From Candidatus Omnitrophota bacterium (GTDB taxonomy: Bacteria; Omnitrophota; Gorgyraeia; Gygaellales; UBA12090), in NCBI GenBank assembly GCA_030674475.1, contig JAUSCZ010000035.1, forward strand, positions 6,432 to 70,431: a stretch of 64,000 nucleotides of DNA, in the 5' to 3' direction. Below the pieces are notes generated by a model. It worked only from the letters and a program-made list of their open reading frames with translations. It did not search any database and had not been told where the DNA came from. The translations under genes and the position numbers were made by a program. This document shows positions 7,616-16,736 of the stretch, in pieces. Within the stretch, counting starts at the first letter, position 1. Each line of letters begins with the position of its first letter.

Positions 7616-10374
7616 TTTCTATTCTTTTCTTTCAACACGGCCTGGGCCGCGGCCAGCCTGGCTATCGGGACCCTAAACGGTGAGCAGGACACATAGTTCA
7701 TCCCCGCCTTATGGCAAAACTCTACTGACTTAGCCTCTCCGCCGTGCTCGCCGCAGATGCCCACTTTCAAATCCTTCTTAGTTTTTCTTCCCCGCTGAAT
7801 ACCCAGTTCAATCAACTGCCCCACGCCTTCCTGGTCAATGGTCTGGAACGGGTCATCCTTAAGTATCCCCTTATCCAGATAATCCGGCAGGAACCCTCCG
7901 ATATCATCCCGGGAAAAACCAAAACTCATCTGGGTAAGGTCGTTGGTGCCGAAAGAAAAAAACTCAGCTACTTCAGCCAGCTTATCCGCGATTAAAACCG
8001 CCCGGGGTATCTCAATCATTGTCCCGAACATATGCGGTATCTTCTTCAGGTTATATTTTTGCAAGACCTCCTGATAAACCTTTTTAAATATAGCCAATTG
8101 GTCAGTCAACTCTTTCACCGCGCAGACCACCGGCACCATTATCTCCGGCTCGGCTTTTACCCCGGACTTAAGCAGTTCCGCGGACGCTTCAAAAATAGCC
8201 CGCACCTGCATTTCAGTTACCTCGGGATAAGTAATTCCCAGGCGCACCCCGCGATGGCCCATCATCGGATTGTTTTCATGCAGGGCATCGGCGCGTTTTT
8301 TGAATTCTTCCAGGTTTATCCCTAAGCTCTGGGCCAGTTCGGTCTGCTGTTTTTCCTCTCTGGGTATAAACTCATGCAAAGGAGGATCCAAAAGACGAAT
8401 AGTAACCGGAAAGCCTTGCATCGCCTCCAATGTCCCTTTAATATCGGATTTCACATAAGGGAAAAGCTCATTTAAGGCTTGCTTTCTTTCTTCTTTAGTT
8501 TTAGAAATAATCATCTTGCGCAGTTTAAACAAGGCTTCTTCGGAGCCTTTGCCGTAGAACATATGCTCGGTCCGGAATAAACCAATGCCTTCAGCCCCGA
8601 AAAATCTGGCCTTGCGGGCGTCTTCCGGGGTATCGGCATTAGTGCGCACTTTAAGCCTGCGGAAAGGATCACAGAGCTTTAAAAACTCAATCAATAACTT
8701 ATTCTCTTCCGAGGCATCCATCATCTTTAACTGCCCCAGATATACATTACCCTTAGTGCCGTTTAAGGTAACCCAATCGCCTTCCTTGATAATTTTATCA
8801 CCGGCAGTTATGGTTTTGTTTCGCGAATCTATATGCAAGCCGCCACAACCGACAATACAGCACTTACCCCAGCCTCTGGCCACTAAGGCGGCGTGAGAAG
8901 TCATTCCGCCTCTGGCAGTAAGAATTGCCTGGGCCGCGCGCATACCTTCAACATCCTCAGGGTTGGTTTCCTCTCTTACCAGAATTACTTTTTTGCCTGT
9001 TTTGGCCCATTCTACTGCCGTATTTGAAGAAAATACCACCATCCCCAGGGCCCCACCCGGCCCGGCCGGTAAACCTTTAGCCACCGGCTGGTGTTCCATC
9101 TCCATCTTAGGGTCAATTACCGGATGCAACAACTCATCTAATTGGTCCGGACTTACCCTTAAGACCGCGGTTTCTTTCTTAATAAGTTTCTCTTTTACCA
9201 TATCCACGGCCATCTTTACCGCCGCCGGGCCGTTACGTTTTCCCACCCGGCACTGGAGCATAAAGAGCTTATTTTTTTCAATGGTAAACTCAATGTCCTG
9301 CATATCATGATAGTGCTTTTCTAAGCGCCGCTGGATATCAAAAAGCTCTTTATAGAGCTTGGGCATTGCCTTTTCCAGGGTTACCAGCTCTTTATTGTGT
9401 TCGCTGGTGGAGTATTCGTTAATCGGAGCGGGGGTGCGGATTCCGGCAACCACGTCTTCACCCTGGGCGTTAATCAGATACTCGCCATAAAATTTATTTT
9501 CACCGTTTCCGGGATTGCGAGTAAAAGCCACGCCGGTGGCTGAATCATTGCCCATATTCCCAAAGACCATAGTCTGGACATTTACCGCGGTGCCCCACTC
9601 ATCGGGAATACGCTCTATCCGGCGGTAGGATACAGCCCGCTTGCCAAACCAGGAAGAAAATACCGCCCCAATACCTCCCCAGAGCTGTTCATAATGTTCG
9701 TCGGGAAATTCCTTTTTTAGCACCTCTTTGATTTTTACCTTAAATAAAGCGCAAAGCCTTTTTAAATCATCAACATTTAAATCCGTATCGCTGGTAATGC
9801 CTTTTTGCTTCTTCATCTCTGACATAATCTTTTCCAGCTGTTTGCGGATTCCCTCGTCATGCTCAGGCTCAATCCCGGCGGCCTTTTCCATCACCACATC
9901 CGAATACATCATAATCAGCCGGCGGTAGGCGTCATAGACAAAGCGCTCATTGCCGCTTTGGCGGATAAGCCCGGGAATAGTTTTCCCGGTAAGCCCGACG
10001 TTCAGCACGGTTTCCATCATCCCCGGCATTGACTTCCTGGCTCCGGAGCGCACCGAAACCAAAAGCGGATTATTAACATCGCCGAATTTACGCTCCATTA
10101 TATTTTCAATTCTTTTTATGGCGGAGTCAGCCTGTTCTTTAAGGCCTTTAGGATAAGTGCGTTTGTTGGCGTAATAATAGACGCAGACATCGGTGGTAAT
10201 GGTAAATCCGGGAGGGACCGGCAGGCGCAAATCTTTATTTCCGGCCATCTCAGCCAGATTTGCCCCTTTGCCGCCTAATAAATTTTTCATACTCTCGTTG
10301 CCATCGGACTTACCGCCGCCAAAAAAATACACCCACTTTTTCGCTTTAGTAGATACAGCTTTACTCTTAGCCAT
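7612..10374 (-). CDS. ppdK: Pyruvate, phosphate dikinase
   Basis: LLGGKGANLAEM, GGMTSHAA (catalytic His), GICGEHGG; 920 aa. Confidence 0.97.
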   Translation of the reverse strand: MAKSKAVSTKAKKWVYFFGGGKSDGNESMKNLLGGKGANLAEMAGNKDLRLPVPPGFTITTDVCVYYYANKRTYPKGLKEQADSAIKRIENIMERKFGDVNNPLLVSVRSGARKSMPGMMETVLNVGLTGKTIPGLIRQSGNERFVYDAYRRLIMMYSDVVMEKAAGIEPEHDEGIRKQLEKIMSEMKKQKGITSDTDLNVDDLKRLCALFKVKIKEVLKKEFPDEHYEQLWGGIGAVFSSWFGKRAVSYRRIERIPDEWGTAVNVQTMVFGNMGNDSATGVAFTRNPGNGENKFYGEYLINAQGEDVVAGIRTPAPINEYSTSEHNKELVTLEKAMPKLYKELFDIQRRLEKHYHDMQDIEFTIEKNKLFMLQCRVGKRNGPAAVKMAVDMVKEKLIKKETAVLRVSPDQLDELLHPVIDPKMEMEHQPVAKGLPAGPGGALGMVVFSSNTAVEWAKTGKKVILVREETNPEDVEGMRAAQAILTARGGMTSHAALVARGWGKCCIVGCGGLHIDSRNKTITAGDKIIKEGDWVTLNGTKGNVYLGQLKMMDASEENKLLIEFLKLCDPFRRLKVRTNADTPEDARKARFFGAEGIGLFRTEHMFYGKGSEEALFKLRKMIISKTKEERKQALNELFPYVKSDIKGTLEAMQGFPVTIRLLDPPLHEFIPREEKQQTELAQSLGINLEEFKKRADALHENNPMMGHRGVRLGITYPEVTEMQVRAIFEASAELLKSGVKAEPEIMVPVVCAVKELTDQLAIFKKVYQEVLQKYNLKKIPHMFGTMIEIPRAVLIADKLAEVAEFFSFGTNDLTQMSFGFSRDDIGGFLPDYLDKGILKDDPFQTIDQEGVGQLIELGIQRGRKTKKDLKVGICGEHGGEAKSVEFCHKAGMNYVSCSPFRVPIARLAAAQAVLKEKNRK

Positions 10375-10401
10375 TGCTTTTAATACCCTCCCTATTATTT
10401 G

Positions 10402-11712
10402 TTAGTGCAGCTTATTATTAAAATATTCCTTTAATTTATCTACTGAAATCCGTTCCTGCAACATCGTATCCCTGTCTCGCACCGTAACCTGCTTGTCTTC
10501 TAATGATTGCACATCCACGGTCAGACAAAATAAAGTTCCCACCTCGTCCTGCCGGCGGTAAAGTTTGCCGATGGCCGCGGTGTCATCATACACGCAGGCA
10601 AAAGACCCGCGCAAATCCTGGTAAATCTTTTTGGCCAGCTCCACAATTTCCGGCCGGTTCTTTAGCAAAGGCAGGACTGCCGCCTTTGTAGGAGCTAATT
10701 CCTTGGAAAACTTAAGGACCACCCGGGTTTCATCCTTCACCTTTTCCTCATAATAGGCATCCACCAGGAATGCCAGGGCCGCCCTATCCACGCCTCCCGA
10801 AGGCTCTATAACATAGGGAACAATCTTCTCCTTAGTGTTGGTGTCAAAATAAGACAATTCTTTACCGGAAAACTTGCTATGTTGAACCAGGTCAAAATCG
10901 CCCCTATTGGCAATCCCTTCTAACTCCGACCATCCAAAGGGAAATTGATACTCTATGTCTGAACAGGCCTTGGCATAATGGGCCAATTCCCCTTGATCGT
11001 GAGGCCGCAGGCGCAGGTTTTCCTTTTTCATTCCCAGCCTCAGATACCAGTCGTAGCGCTCCTGGACCCAATATTCATAATATTTCTTCGACTCCTCGGG
11101 CCGGACAAAATACTCTATCTCCATCTGCTCAAACTCCCGGGTGCGGAAGGTAATATTGCCCGGGGTTATCTCGTTGCGAAAAGACTTGCCAATTTGGGCA
11201 ATGCCAAAGGGGAGTTTTTTCCGGGAGACATCCACAATATTAAGGAAGTTAACGAATATCCCCTGGGCGGTTTCCGGGCGAAGATAGACTAAATTAGCCG
11301 CATCCTCAACCGGACCTTGATAAGTCTTATACATTAAATTGAATATCCGGGCTTCGGTTAAATCCTGGCTCCCGCATTCCGGGCATTTGCCCTGAATATG
11401 ATCAGCGCGCCATCTCTTCTTGCAGTTTCTGCAATCTACCGAAAGGTCGGAGAAATTCTGAGTATGACCGGAGGCCTCCCAGACTTTCGGATGCATCAGG
11501 ATTGCCGCGTCTAAGCCCACCATATCCGCGCGCCCGCGCACATTGGCCTGCCACCAGGCCTCCTTAATATTGCGTTTCAGTTCCGTGCCGTAGGGGCCGT
11601 AATCCCAGGTATTAGCCAAGCCGCCGTAAATCTCCGAACCCTGAAAGATAAAACCCCGCCTCTTGCACAAAGAGACTATCTTTTCCATTAAGTCTGCAGT
11701 ATATTGTGACAT
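10402..11712 (-). CDS. glyQS: Glycine--tRNA ligase, alpha2 type
   Basis: YLRPETAQGIF, FRNEITP, FRTREFEQME, VIEPSGGVDR. Confidence 0.95.
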   Translation of the reverse strand: MSQYTADLMEKIVSLCKRRGFIFQGSEIYGGLANTWDYGPYGTELKRNIKEAWWQANVRGRADMVGLDAAILMHPKVWEASGHTQNFSDLSVDCRNCKKRWRADHIQGKCPECGSQDLTEARIFNLMYKTYQGPVEDAANLVYLRPETAQGIFVNFLNIVDVSRKKLPFGIAQIGKSFRNEITPGNITFRTREFEQMEIEYFVRPEESKKYYEYWVQERYDWYLRLGMKKENLRLRPHDQGELAHYAKACSDIEYQFPFGWSELEGIANRGDFDLVQHSKFSGKELSYFDTNTKEKIVPYVIEPSGGVDRAALAFLVDAYYEEKVKDETRVVLKFSKELAPTKAAVLPLLKNRPEIVELAKKIYQDLRGSFACVYDDTAAIGKLYRRQDEVGTLFCLTVDVQSLEDKQVTVRDRDTMLQERISVDKLKEYFNNKLH

Positions 11713-11735
11713 AAATTCTCAATAATCATTCTAAT

Positions 11736-11770
11736 TCCCTCCCCCTTGTGGGGAGGGTTAGGGAGGGGGA
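11736..11770. repeat. Family A hairpin (reverse orientation)
   Basis: ccctcccccttgtggggagggttagggaggggg. Confidence 0.75.
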
Positions 11771-11806
11771 TTACAAACTAATGTCACGGAGCAGTAGCCT
11801 GAGCCC

Positions 11807-12637
11807 TTATTTTATCTTTTTTAGTTCCTCTTCTTTTATACTGAAGGTATGTTCCGGGGCGGGGAATTTTTGAGCCAGGACTTCCTCTTTATATTTTACT
11901 ATTGCCTCTGAAATCAACGGTGAAAGGTTGACATACTTCTTCACAAACTTAGGGGTAAACCTTTCAAACAAACCCAGCATATCATAGCTGACTAAGACCT
12001 GTCCGTCGCAATTAACCCCGGCGCCGATGCCTATCGTCGGTATCTTTAATCTTTGGGTGATAATCTCCGCCAGTTTATCCGGCACGCACTCCAGCACCAA
12101 GGAAAAACAACCTAACCCCTCCAAGGCCAGGGCCTGCTCAATAAGCTTTTGGGCGGCGTCCGCGTCCTTGCCCTGAACCTTAAATCCGCCTAACTTATCC
12201 GCGGTCTGCGGGGTTAAGCCAATGTGGCCCATTACCGCGATACCGGCCTTAATAATCTTTTCGCTAACCTCAAGACACCTATCAAACCATTCCAGCTTTA
12301 CGCAGTCGCATTTGGCCTCATCAATAAAACGTTTAGCGTTTTTCACCGCTTCATCCGGGTTAATCTGATAAGATTCATATGGCATATCTCCCACCACCAG
12401 CGCGTTCTTTACCGCCCGGCGCACGGCTTTGGCATGATGAAGCATCTCGCTCATCCCCACCTTAGTGGTTGAATCCAGGCCCAAAACTACATTAGCCACC
12501 GAATCCCCCACCAAGATCATATCAATGCCCGCGCGATCAATCAAAGAAGCCAGAGGATAATCATAGGCGGTAAGCATAGTGATTTTACGCTTATTTTTTA
12601 AGGCTAAAATATCGGCTATAGTTAATTTGGGTTCCAC
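11807..12637 (-). CDS. panB: 3-methyl-2-oxobutanoate hydroxymethyltransferase
   Basis: MLTAYD, ILVGDS, GHIGLTPQ, IGIGAG, DGQVLV. Confidence 0.95.
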   Translation of the reverse strand: MEPKLTIADILALKNKRKITMLTAYDYPLASLIDRAGIDMILVGDSVANVVLGLDSTTKVGMSEMLHHAKAVRRAVKNALVVGDMPYESYQINPDEAVKNAKRFIDEAKCDCVKLEWFDRCLEVSEKIIKAGIAVMGHIGLTPQTADKLGGFKVQGKDADAAQKLIEQALALEGLGCFSLVLECVPDKLAEIITQRLKIPTIGIGAGVNCDGQVLVSYDMLGLFERFTPKFVKKYVNLSPLISEAIVKYKEEVLAQKFPAPEHTFSIKEEELKKIK

Positions 12638-12654
12638 TTTTTCGTTTTTCGCGA

Positions 12655-13317
12655 TTACTTATTGATTAGGCTGGCGAAATAGCCAGCCCCAAAACCGTTA
12701 TCAATATTTACTACCGCTATCCCGGGAGAACAACTGTTCAGCATAGTAAGCAGGGCAGAGAGGCCCTTAAAACTCGCCCCGTAACCCACGCTGGTAGGCA
12801 CAGCCACTACCGGGCATTTTACCATGCCGCTGACTACGCTGGCCAAGGCCCCCTCCATCCCGGCGGCCACCACAATAACCTTGGCCTTAAAAAGCTGTTT
12901 CTTCTTGTCAATCAAGCGGTGGATTCCCGCCACCCCTACATCATAGAGCCGCTCCACCTTGTTTCCCATCACCTCTAAAACCACCGCCGCCTCCTCAGCC
13001 ACCGGTATGTCTGAAGTTCCGGCGCTGACCACTAATGCCAGTCCTTTTTTCTTAGGAGAACTTTTACTTAGGTAGGCAATGTTCGCCTGAGAATTATATT
13101 TCAGGCGCCCAAAGGTATTTTTCAGGTAAAGATATGACTGCTCCTTAATCCTGGTAATCAACAGAGGCTCGCCGTGGGAAATCAAGCCGCGGGAAATCTC
13201 AAGAATCTGCTTATCCGTCTTACCGGGGGCGTAAACAACTTCAGGAAAACCCCGCCTTTTGGCCCGGTCGGTATCCAGCTTGGCAAAACCCAATTCATGA
13301 TAGCCCTTATTTCCCAC
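12655..13317 (-). CDS. larB: Nickel pincer cofactor biosynthesis protein LarB (PurE-like)
   Basis: GFPEVVY, AGTSDIPVAEEA, DVGVAGIHRL, PTSVGYG, VVNIDNGFGA. Confidence 0.9.
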   Translation of the reverse strand: MGNKGYHELGFAKLDTDRAKRRGFPEVVYAPGKTDKQILEISRGLISHGEPLLITRIKEQSYLYLKNTFGRLKYNSQANIAYLSKSSPKKKGLALVVSAGTSDIPVAEEAAVVLEVMGNKVERLYDVGVAGIHRLIDKKKQLFKAKVIVVAAGMEGALASVVSGMVKCPVVAVPTSVGYGASFKGLSALLTMLNSCSPGIAVVNIDNGFGAGYFASLINK

Positions 13318-13623
13318 CTATCCCCTGATGATTATGGCCAGCAGTATGGCTATCAATACGCCTGACAAAAGATAAAAATCGTAAAAATAAAAAAAATCCT
13401 TCAGGCGCTCACTAAAAGTAAATTGCGGTTTGATGCTTACTCTATGAGTTACCGTATCTATTTTAACCTTATATTGATCTATCTGATCCTTTTGAAAGCG
13501 CAGGTAAAGCCCGCCTACTTTATAAGCCGGAATCTTGCCCTCTTCGGATAAATCAATTACCTCTTTTTCGCTTAAGGCTAAAGCATACGCCACTTCCCGG
13601 ATAGTCAACAATTTCTCAGCCAT
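13318..13623 (-). CDS. Excisionase-like HTH (HTH_17) protein with a C-terminal TM anchor
   Basis: LLTIREVA...GKIPAYKVGG..LRF, then a hydrophobic tail. Confidence 0.75.
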   Translation of the reverse strand: MAEKLLTIREVAYALALSEKEVIDLSEEGKIPAYKVGGLYLRFQKDQIDQYKVKIDTVTHRVSIKPQFTFSERLKDFFYFYDFYLLSGVLIAILLAIIIRG

Positions 13624-13730
13624 TATTTTATTTATTTAAGACCGCTAAACCACAAAAAAAACACTAACCTAGCATTTCTTTTTTCGCGCTTACCTGCTCA
13701 ACAGGCAGGTAACTTTTGCGTTTTTGCGGT

Positions 13731-14234
13731 TTATTTTACCTTACCCGCGGAAATCCATTCCTCGATTGCCTTGCGCTCAAACTTCCAATGGTCGGATTCT
13801 TTTACCGCCGGAATCCTGCCTGAACCCGCCCACTCCAATATTGAGGCCAGCTCCACCTCTAAATATTTAGCCACTTCTTCAGCGCTCAAATTATCGTTAA
13901 GCATATGGCAGGTTCCTTCCAAAACCGCTCCCTCACTGACAATTAATTTCGCGGTCCTTAACTCGGCCTCAACCACCGCCGTGGGAAGCAGGGTGAGCCT
14001 TTGCTTGGCCAGGATATCTCCCTTAATCCTGCCGGCCACTATTATATCATCTCCGATAAGATTGGCCTTGACTATCGCGCTTGGCCCGATGACTAAAGTT
14101 CCTCTAGTCTCCAGAGTCCCTTCAAACTTTCCGTTGATTCTTAAGTTTACCGGATCCCGAAAAGTCAGACTTCCGGACATCGCGGCATCCACATCCAGGA
14201 TTTTTTCTTCCTTATGCCGATCTTTAAACGCCAT
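13731..14234 (-). CDS. Bactofilin (polymer-forming cytoskeletal) fused to an excisionase-like HTH
   Basis: LRINGKFEG...IGPSAIVKANL...EGAVLEGTCHM, then SAEEVAKYL...GRIPAVK...WKF. Confidence 0.8.
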   Translation of the reverse strand: MAFKDRHKEEKILDVDAAMSGSLTFRDPVNLRINGKFEGTLETRGTLVIGPSAIVKANLIGDDIIVAGRIKGDILAKQRLTLLPTAVVEAELRTAKLIVSEGAVLEGTCHMLNDNLSAEEVAKYLEVELASILEWAGSGRIPAVKESDHWKFERKAIEEWISAGKVK

Positions 14235-14274
14235 ATCTGCCTCCTCTTAGAAATTCAGGGGCGTATCAACAAGG

Positions 14275-14700
14275 CTAACCCAAAATTTTATTTTCAATCG
14301 TCTTAAGCAGTAATAAAACCGCCAAGGCGATTATGGTTGTGGCGCAGGCCGCCAGGTAAAACCCGCAGCCTACCGCCATACCTACTGCCGCCGCTACCCA
14401 AAGAGTAGCGGCAGTGGTAAGGCCTTTGATCTCTTCCCCGTAACGGATAATTGTACCGGCTCCCAAAAAGCCGATACCGGTTATGATTCCTGAGGCAATC
14501 CTGGATGGATCCGATAAAACCTTGTCTTTATATATATCAAAAATATACATAGATGTCAACATAATCAAGGTTGAACCGACAGAAACTAAAATATGAGTGC
14601 GCAGTCCGGCTGCCCGGCGATGCAGTTGACGCTCTAATCCAATCAGGCCGCTTAACACGGCCGATACCAACAAGCGCAGAACAACCTGGATATCATTCAT
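14275..14700 (-). CDS. MgtC/SapB family membrane protein
   Basis: IGLER, AGLRTH, DPSRIA, GIGFLGAG, GLTTAA. Confidence 0.92.
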   Translation of the reverse strand: MNDIQVVLRLLVSAVLSGLIGLERQLHRRAAGLRTHILVSVGSTLIMLTSMYIFDIYKDKVLSDPSRIASGIITGIGFLGAGTIIRYGEEIKGLTTAATLWVAAAVGMAVGCGFYLAACATTIIALAVLLLLKTIENKILG

Positions 14701-14708
14701 AGGTCACC

Positions 14709-15125
14709 TCACACCCGACGCTCAGCCAGAATATCTAAGAATTTCCTGACATCTATTATCTTTATCCCTTCAAATTCAACTAACTTCTTTAGGTGCTTAT
14801 CGCCGCTGATAATGTAATCCGCCTGAGCTTCGATAGCACATTCTAAAAACTTATTGTCTGAAGGGTCTTCTTTTATGACTTTGATTTTTCTGGCAGGAAC
14901 TACAGAAATAGCATTTTTCCTTATCACCTTATCCCAATCCGCGATAATTCCTGGATCAACATTTAGCCTACGCATTACTTTAAGGCTTTCCTGGATGATT
15001 TCTTCTGTGATGAAAAGCTGATACTTCCGGGCCCTCTTCCAGGCTTTGATTACCAAAGAAGGATTACCTGCTTCTACGAGGACACCGGAGATAAAAACAT
15101 TGGTATCAATAACGACTTTCAGCAA
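14709..15125 (-). CDS. PIN-domain putative toxin
   Basis: VVIDTNVFIS, DPSDNKFLECA, IISGDKHL. Confidence 0.88.
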   Translation of the reverse strand: MLKVVIDTNVFISGVLVEAGNPSLVIKAWKRARKYQLFITEEIIQESLKVMRRLNVDPGIIADWDKVIRKNAISVVPARKIKVIKEDPSDNKFLECAIEAQADYIISGDKHLKKLVEFEGIKIIDVRKFLDILAERRV

Positions 15126-15126
15126 A

Positions 15127-15417
15127 TTATCTTTCCTCTCGCCTTACTTCTTCAACTGTCTGCTGAATCTTCTGTTCTGTAATCCCTGTTACCTTGCCAA
15201 ACCTTTGACTTCTCTTCAAGAGGTTTTCAAACTCCTGATCCCATCCGCTTTCAACCTCAAGCCATTTGTCAATAATGTCTTTTTTGAAACGCAAAGCTCT
15301 GCCCATCCGGATAACAGGGATTTCCCCCAAATGCACCTTTTTATAAAGGGTCATCTCATTAATCTGGAGATAATCTGCCATCTGTCTTGCGGTCATAATT
15401 TCCTGCATTTGTATCAC
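15127..15417 (-). CDS. HTH_17 protein, putative antitoxin (start may be ATG 15408)
   Basis: MTARQMADYLQ...GEIPVIRMGRALRF; lies directly upstream of the PIN gene. Confidence 0.7.
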   Translation of the reverse strand: MIQMQEIMTARQMADYLQINEMTLYKKVHLGEIPVIRMGRALRFKKDIIDKWLEVESGWDQEFENLLKRSQRFGKVTGITEQKIQQTVEEVRREER

Positions 15418-15431
15418 CTCTTTTCATAACT

Positions 15432-15460
15432 AATATAACATATTCTTGTTTGTTTGTCAA
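15432..15460 (-). promoter_or_regulatory. Sigma70 promoter of the HTH/PIN pair
   Basis: TTGACA-17nt-TATATT with an extended TG. Confidence 0.65.
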
Positions 15461-15662
15461 GTATTTTGTATATTATTTTATGTTGGTGTATATTCTAATT
15501 ACCTTTCCGCCAATATCTCTGCCGCCTCTTCTAAATCCTCAGGAAACACCTACCTGCCAGTAGGCAGGCATCTATATGATACCTCCACATTGTCGCCACA
15601 GGGGAAAAACACTTAATGTTTAGGCTCATTTTATGTTTTAGGTTTTAAAAAGAGATTTGTCA

Positions 15663-16736
15663 TCAAGAATTTGTGTTTAAATAATAATTTGACCTTTTGC
15701 CTCTTTTAAACAGCTGATACCCTAAGCCGGCAATCATCGCGGCGTTGTCCAGGGTAAGTCCTTTACCGGGAAAATAAACCTTTATATTTTTTAACCCCTC
15801 CCCGCCTCCCCTTGTTAAGGGGAGGATTTCTACCCCTCCCCGCCTCCCCTTGGTAAGGGGAGGATTTCTTGATTCGGCCTCTTCTTTGAATTTGTTTCTC
15901 AGGTAATTATTCGCCGCCACCCCGCCTCCAATAACCAGCGTATTAATTTTATGGCGCTCACAGGCCAAGAAGGACTTTTCAATCAGCGCCTCAACCACTG
16001 CTTTTTGAAAACTTGCCGCCAAATCCGCGGCTTGGGGCTTGCGGCTGGTAACCTGTGACTTGTAGAGGACTGCCGTCTTGATGCCGCTAAAGGAAAACCC
16101 CAAATCGCTGGGGCCCTGGCAGGAAAAGCGAAAACCCTTAGAGTCCCCTTCCCTGGCCAATTTTTCAATCACCGGGCCGCCGGGATAACCCAGGCCCAAA
16201 ATCTTGGCTACCTTATCAAAGGCCTCACCAGCGGCATCATCGGCGGTAGAGCTTAATTGCTTAAAACGAAAATCGCGCTCAACCAAAAATAAATTAGTAT
16301 GCCCCCCGGAAACCACCAGGCCCACAAAAGGGAGCGCGGGAAGCCGGAGCCTATCTTTAACGTCAGCGCCGGATAAAAAGCTGGCATATAAATGCGCCTC
16401 TAAATGATTAACCCCGATAAGCGGTTTCTGAAGAGCCAGGCTTAAGGCCTTAGCAAAAGATATTCCCACTAAAAGAGAGCCGATCAAACCCGGGGATTGA
16501 GTAACACAGATTAAATCCATATCGCTGAGCTTTTGACAAGCCGCCTCCAGAGCTTTTCTTGCGGTTATGGTTATTGACTCGATATGCGCCCGGAAGGCGA
16601 TCTCCGGGATTATCCCTTGGTATTTCCGGTGCTCTTTTAAGCTGGAGGCAATAATATTAGAAAGAACATATCTCCCGTCCTTAACTACAGCCACCGAAGT
16701 TTCGTCGCAGGAAGTTTCAATACCTAAAGAAAGCAT
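15663..16736 (-). CDS. tsaD: tRNA t6A37 threonylcarbamoyltransferase TsaD with a 26-aa repeat-derived insert
   Basis: LGIETSCDET, HLEAH, VSGGHT, GEAFDKVA, DNAAMIA. Confidence 0.95.
   Translation of the reverse strand: MLSLGIETSCDETSVAVVKDGRYVLSNIIASSLKEHRKYQGIIPEIAFRAHIESITITARKALEAACQKLSDMDLICVTQSPGLIGSLLVGISFAKALSLALQKPLIGVNHLEAHLYASFLSGADVKDRLRLPALPFVGLVVSGGHTNLFLVERDFRFKQLSSTADDAAGEAFDKVAKILGLGYPGGPVIEKLAREGDSKGFRFSCQGPSDLGFSFSGIKTAVLYKSQVTSRKPQAADLAASFQKAVVEALIEKSFLACERHKINTLVIGGGVAANNYLRNKFKEEAESRNPPLTKGRRGGVEILPLTRGGGEGLKNIKVYFPGKGLTLDNAAMIAGLGYQLFKRGKRSNYYLNTNS
15792..15869. repeat. Two tandem family A hairpins in frame within tsaD
   Basis: 38-nt period; encodes RNPPLTKGRRGGVEILPLTRGGGEGL. 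Confidence 0.9.

Noticed and set aside
12655-13317. Complete nickel-pincer (lar) system
   Set aside because: Only larB is present; no larA, larC or larE in the window
13318-15417. Prophage or integrative element suggested by three excisionase-like HTH genes
   Set aside because: No integrase, att repeats or phage structural genes; flanked by housekeeping genes
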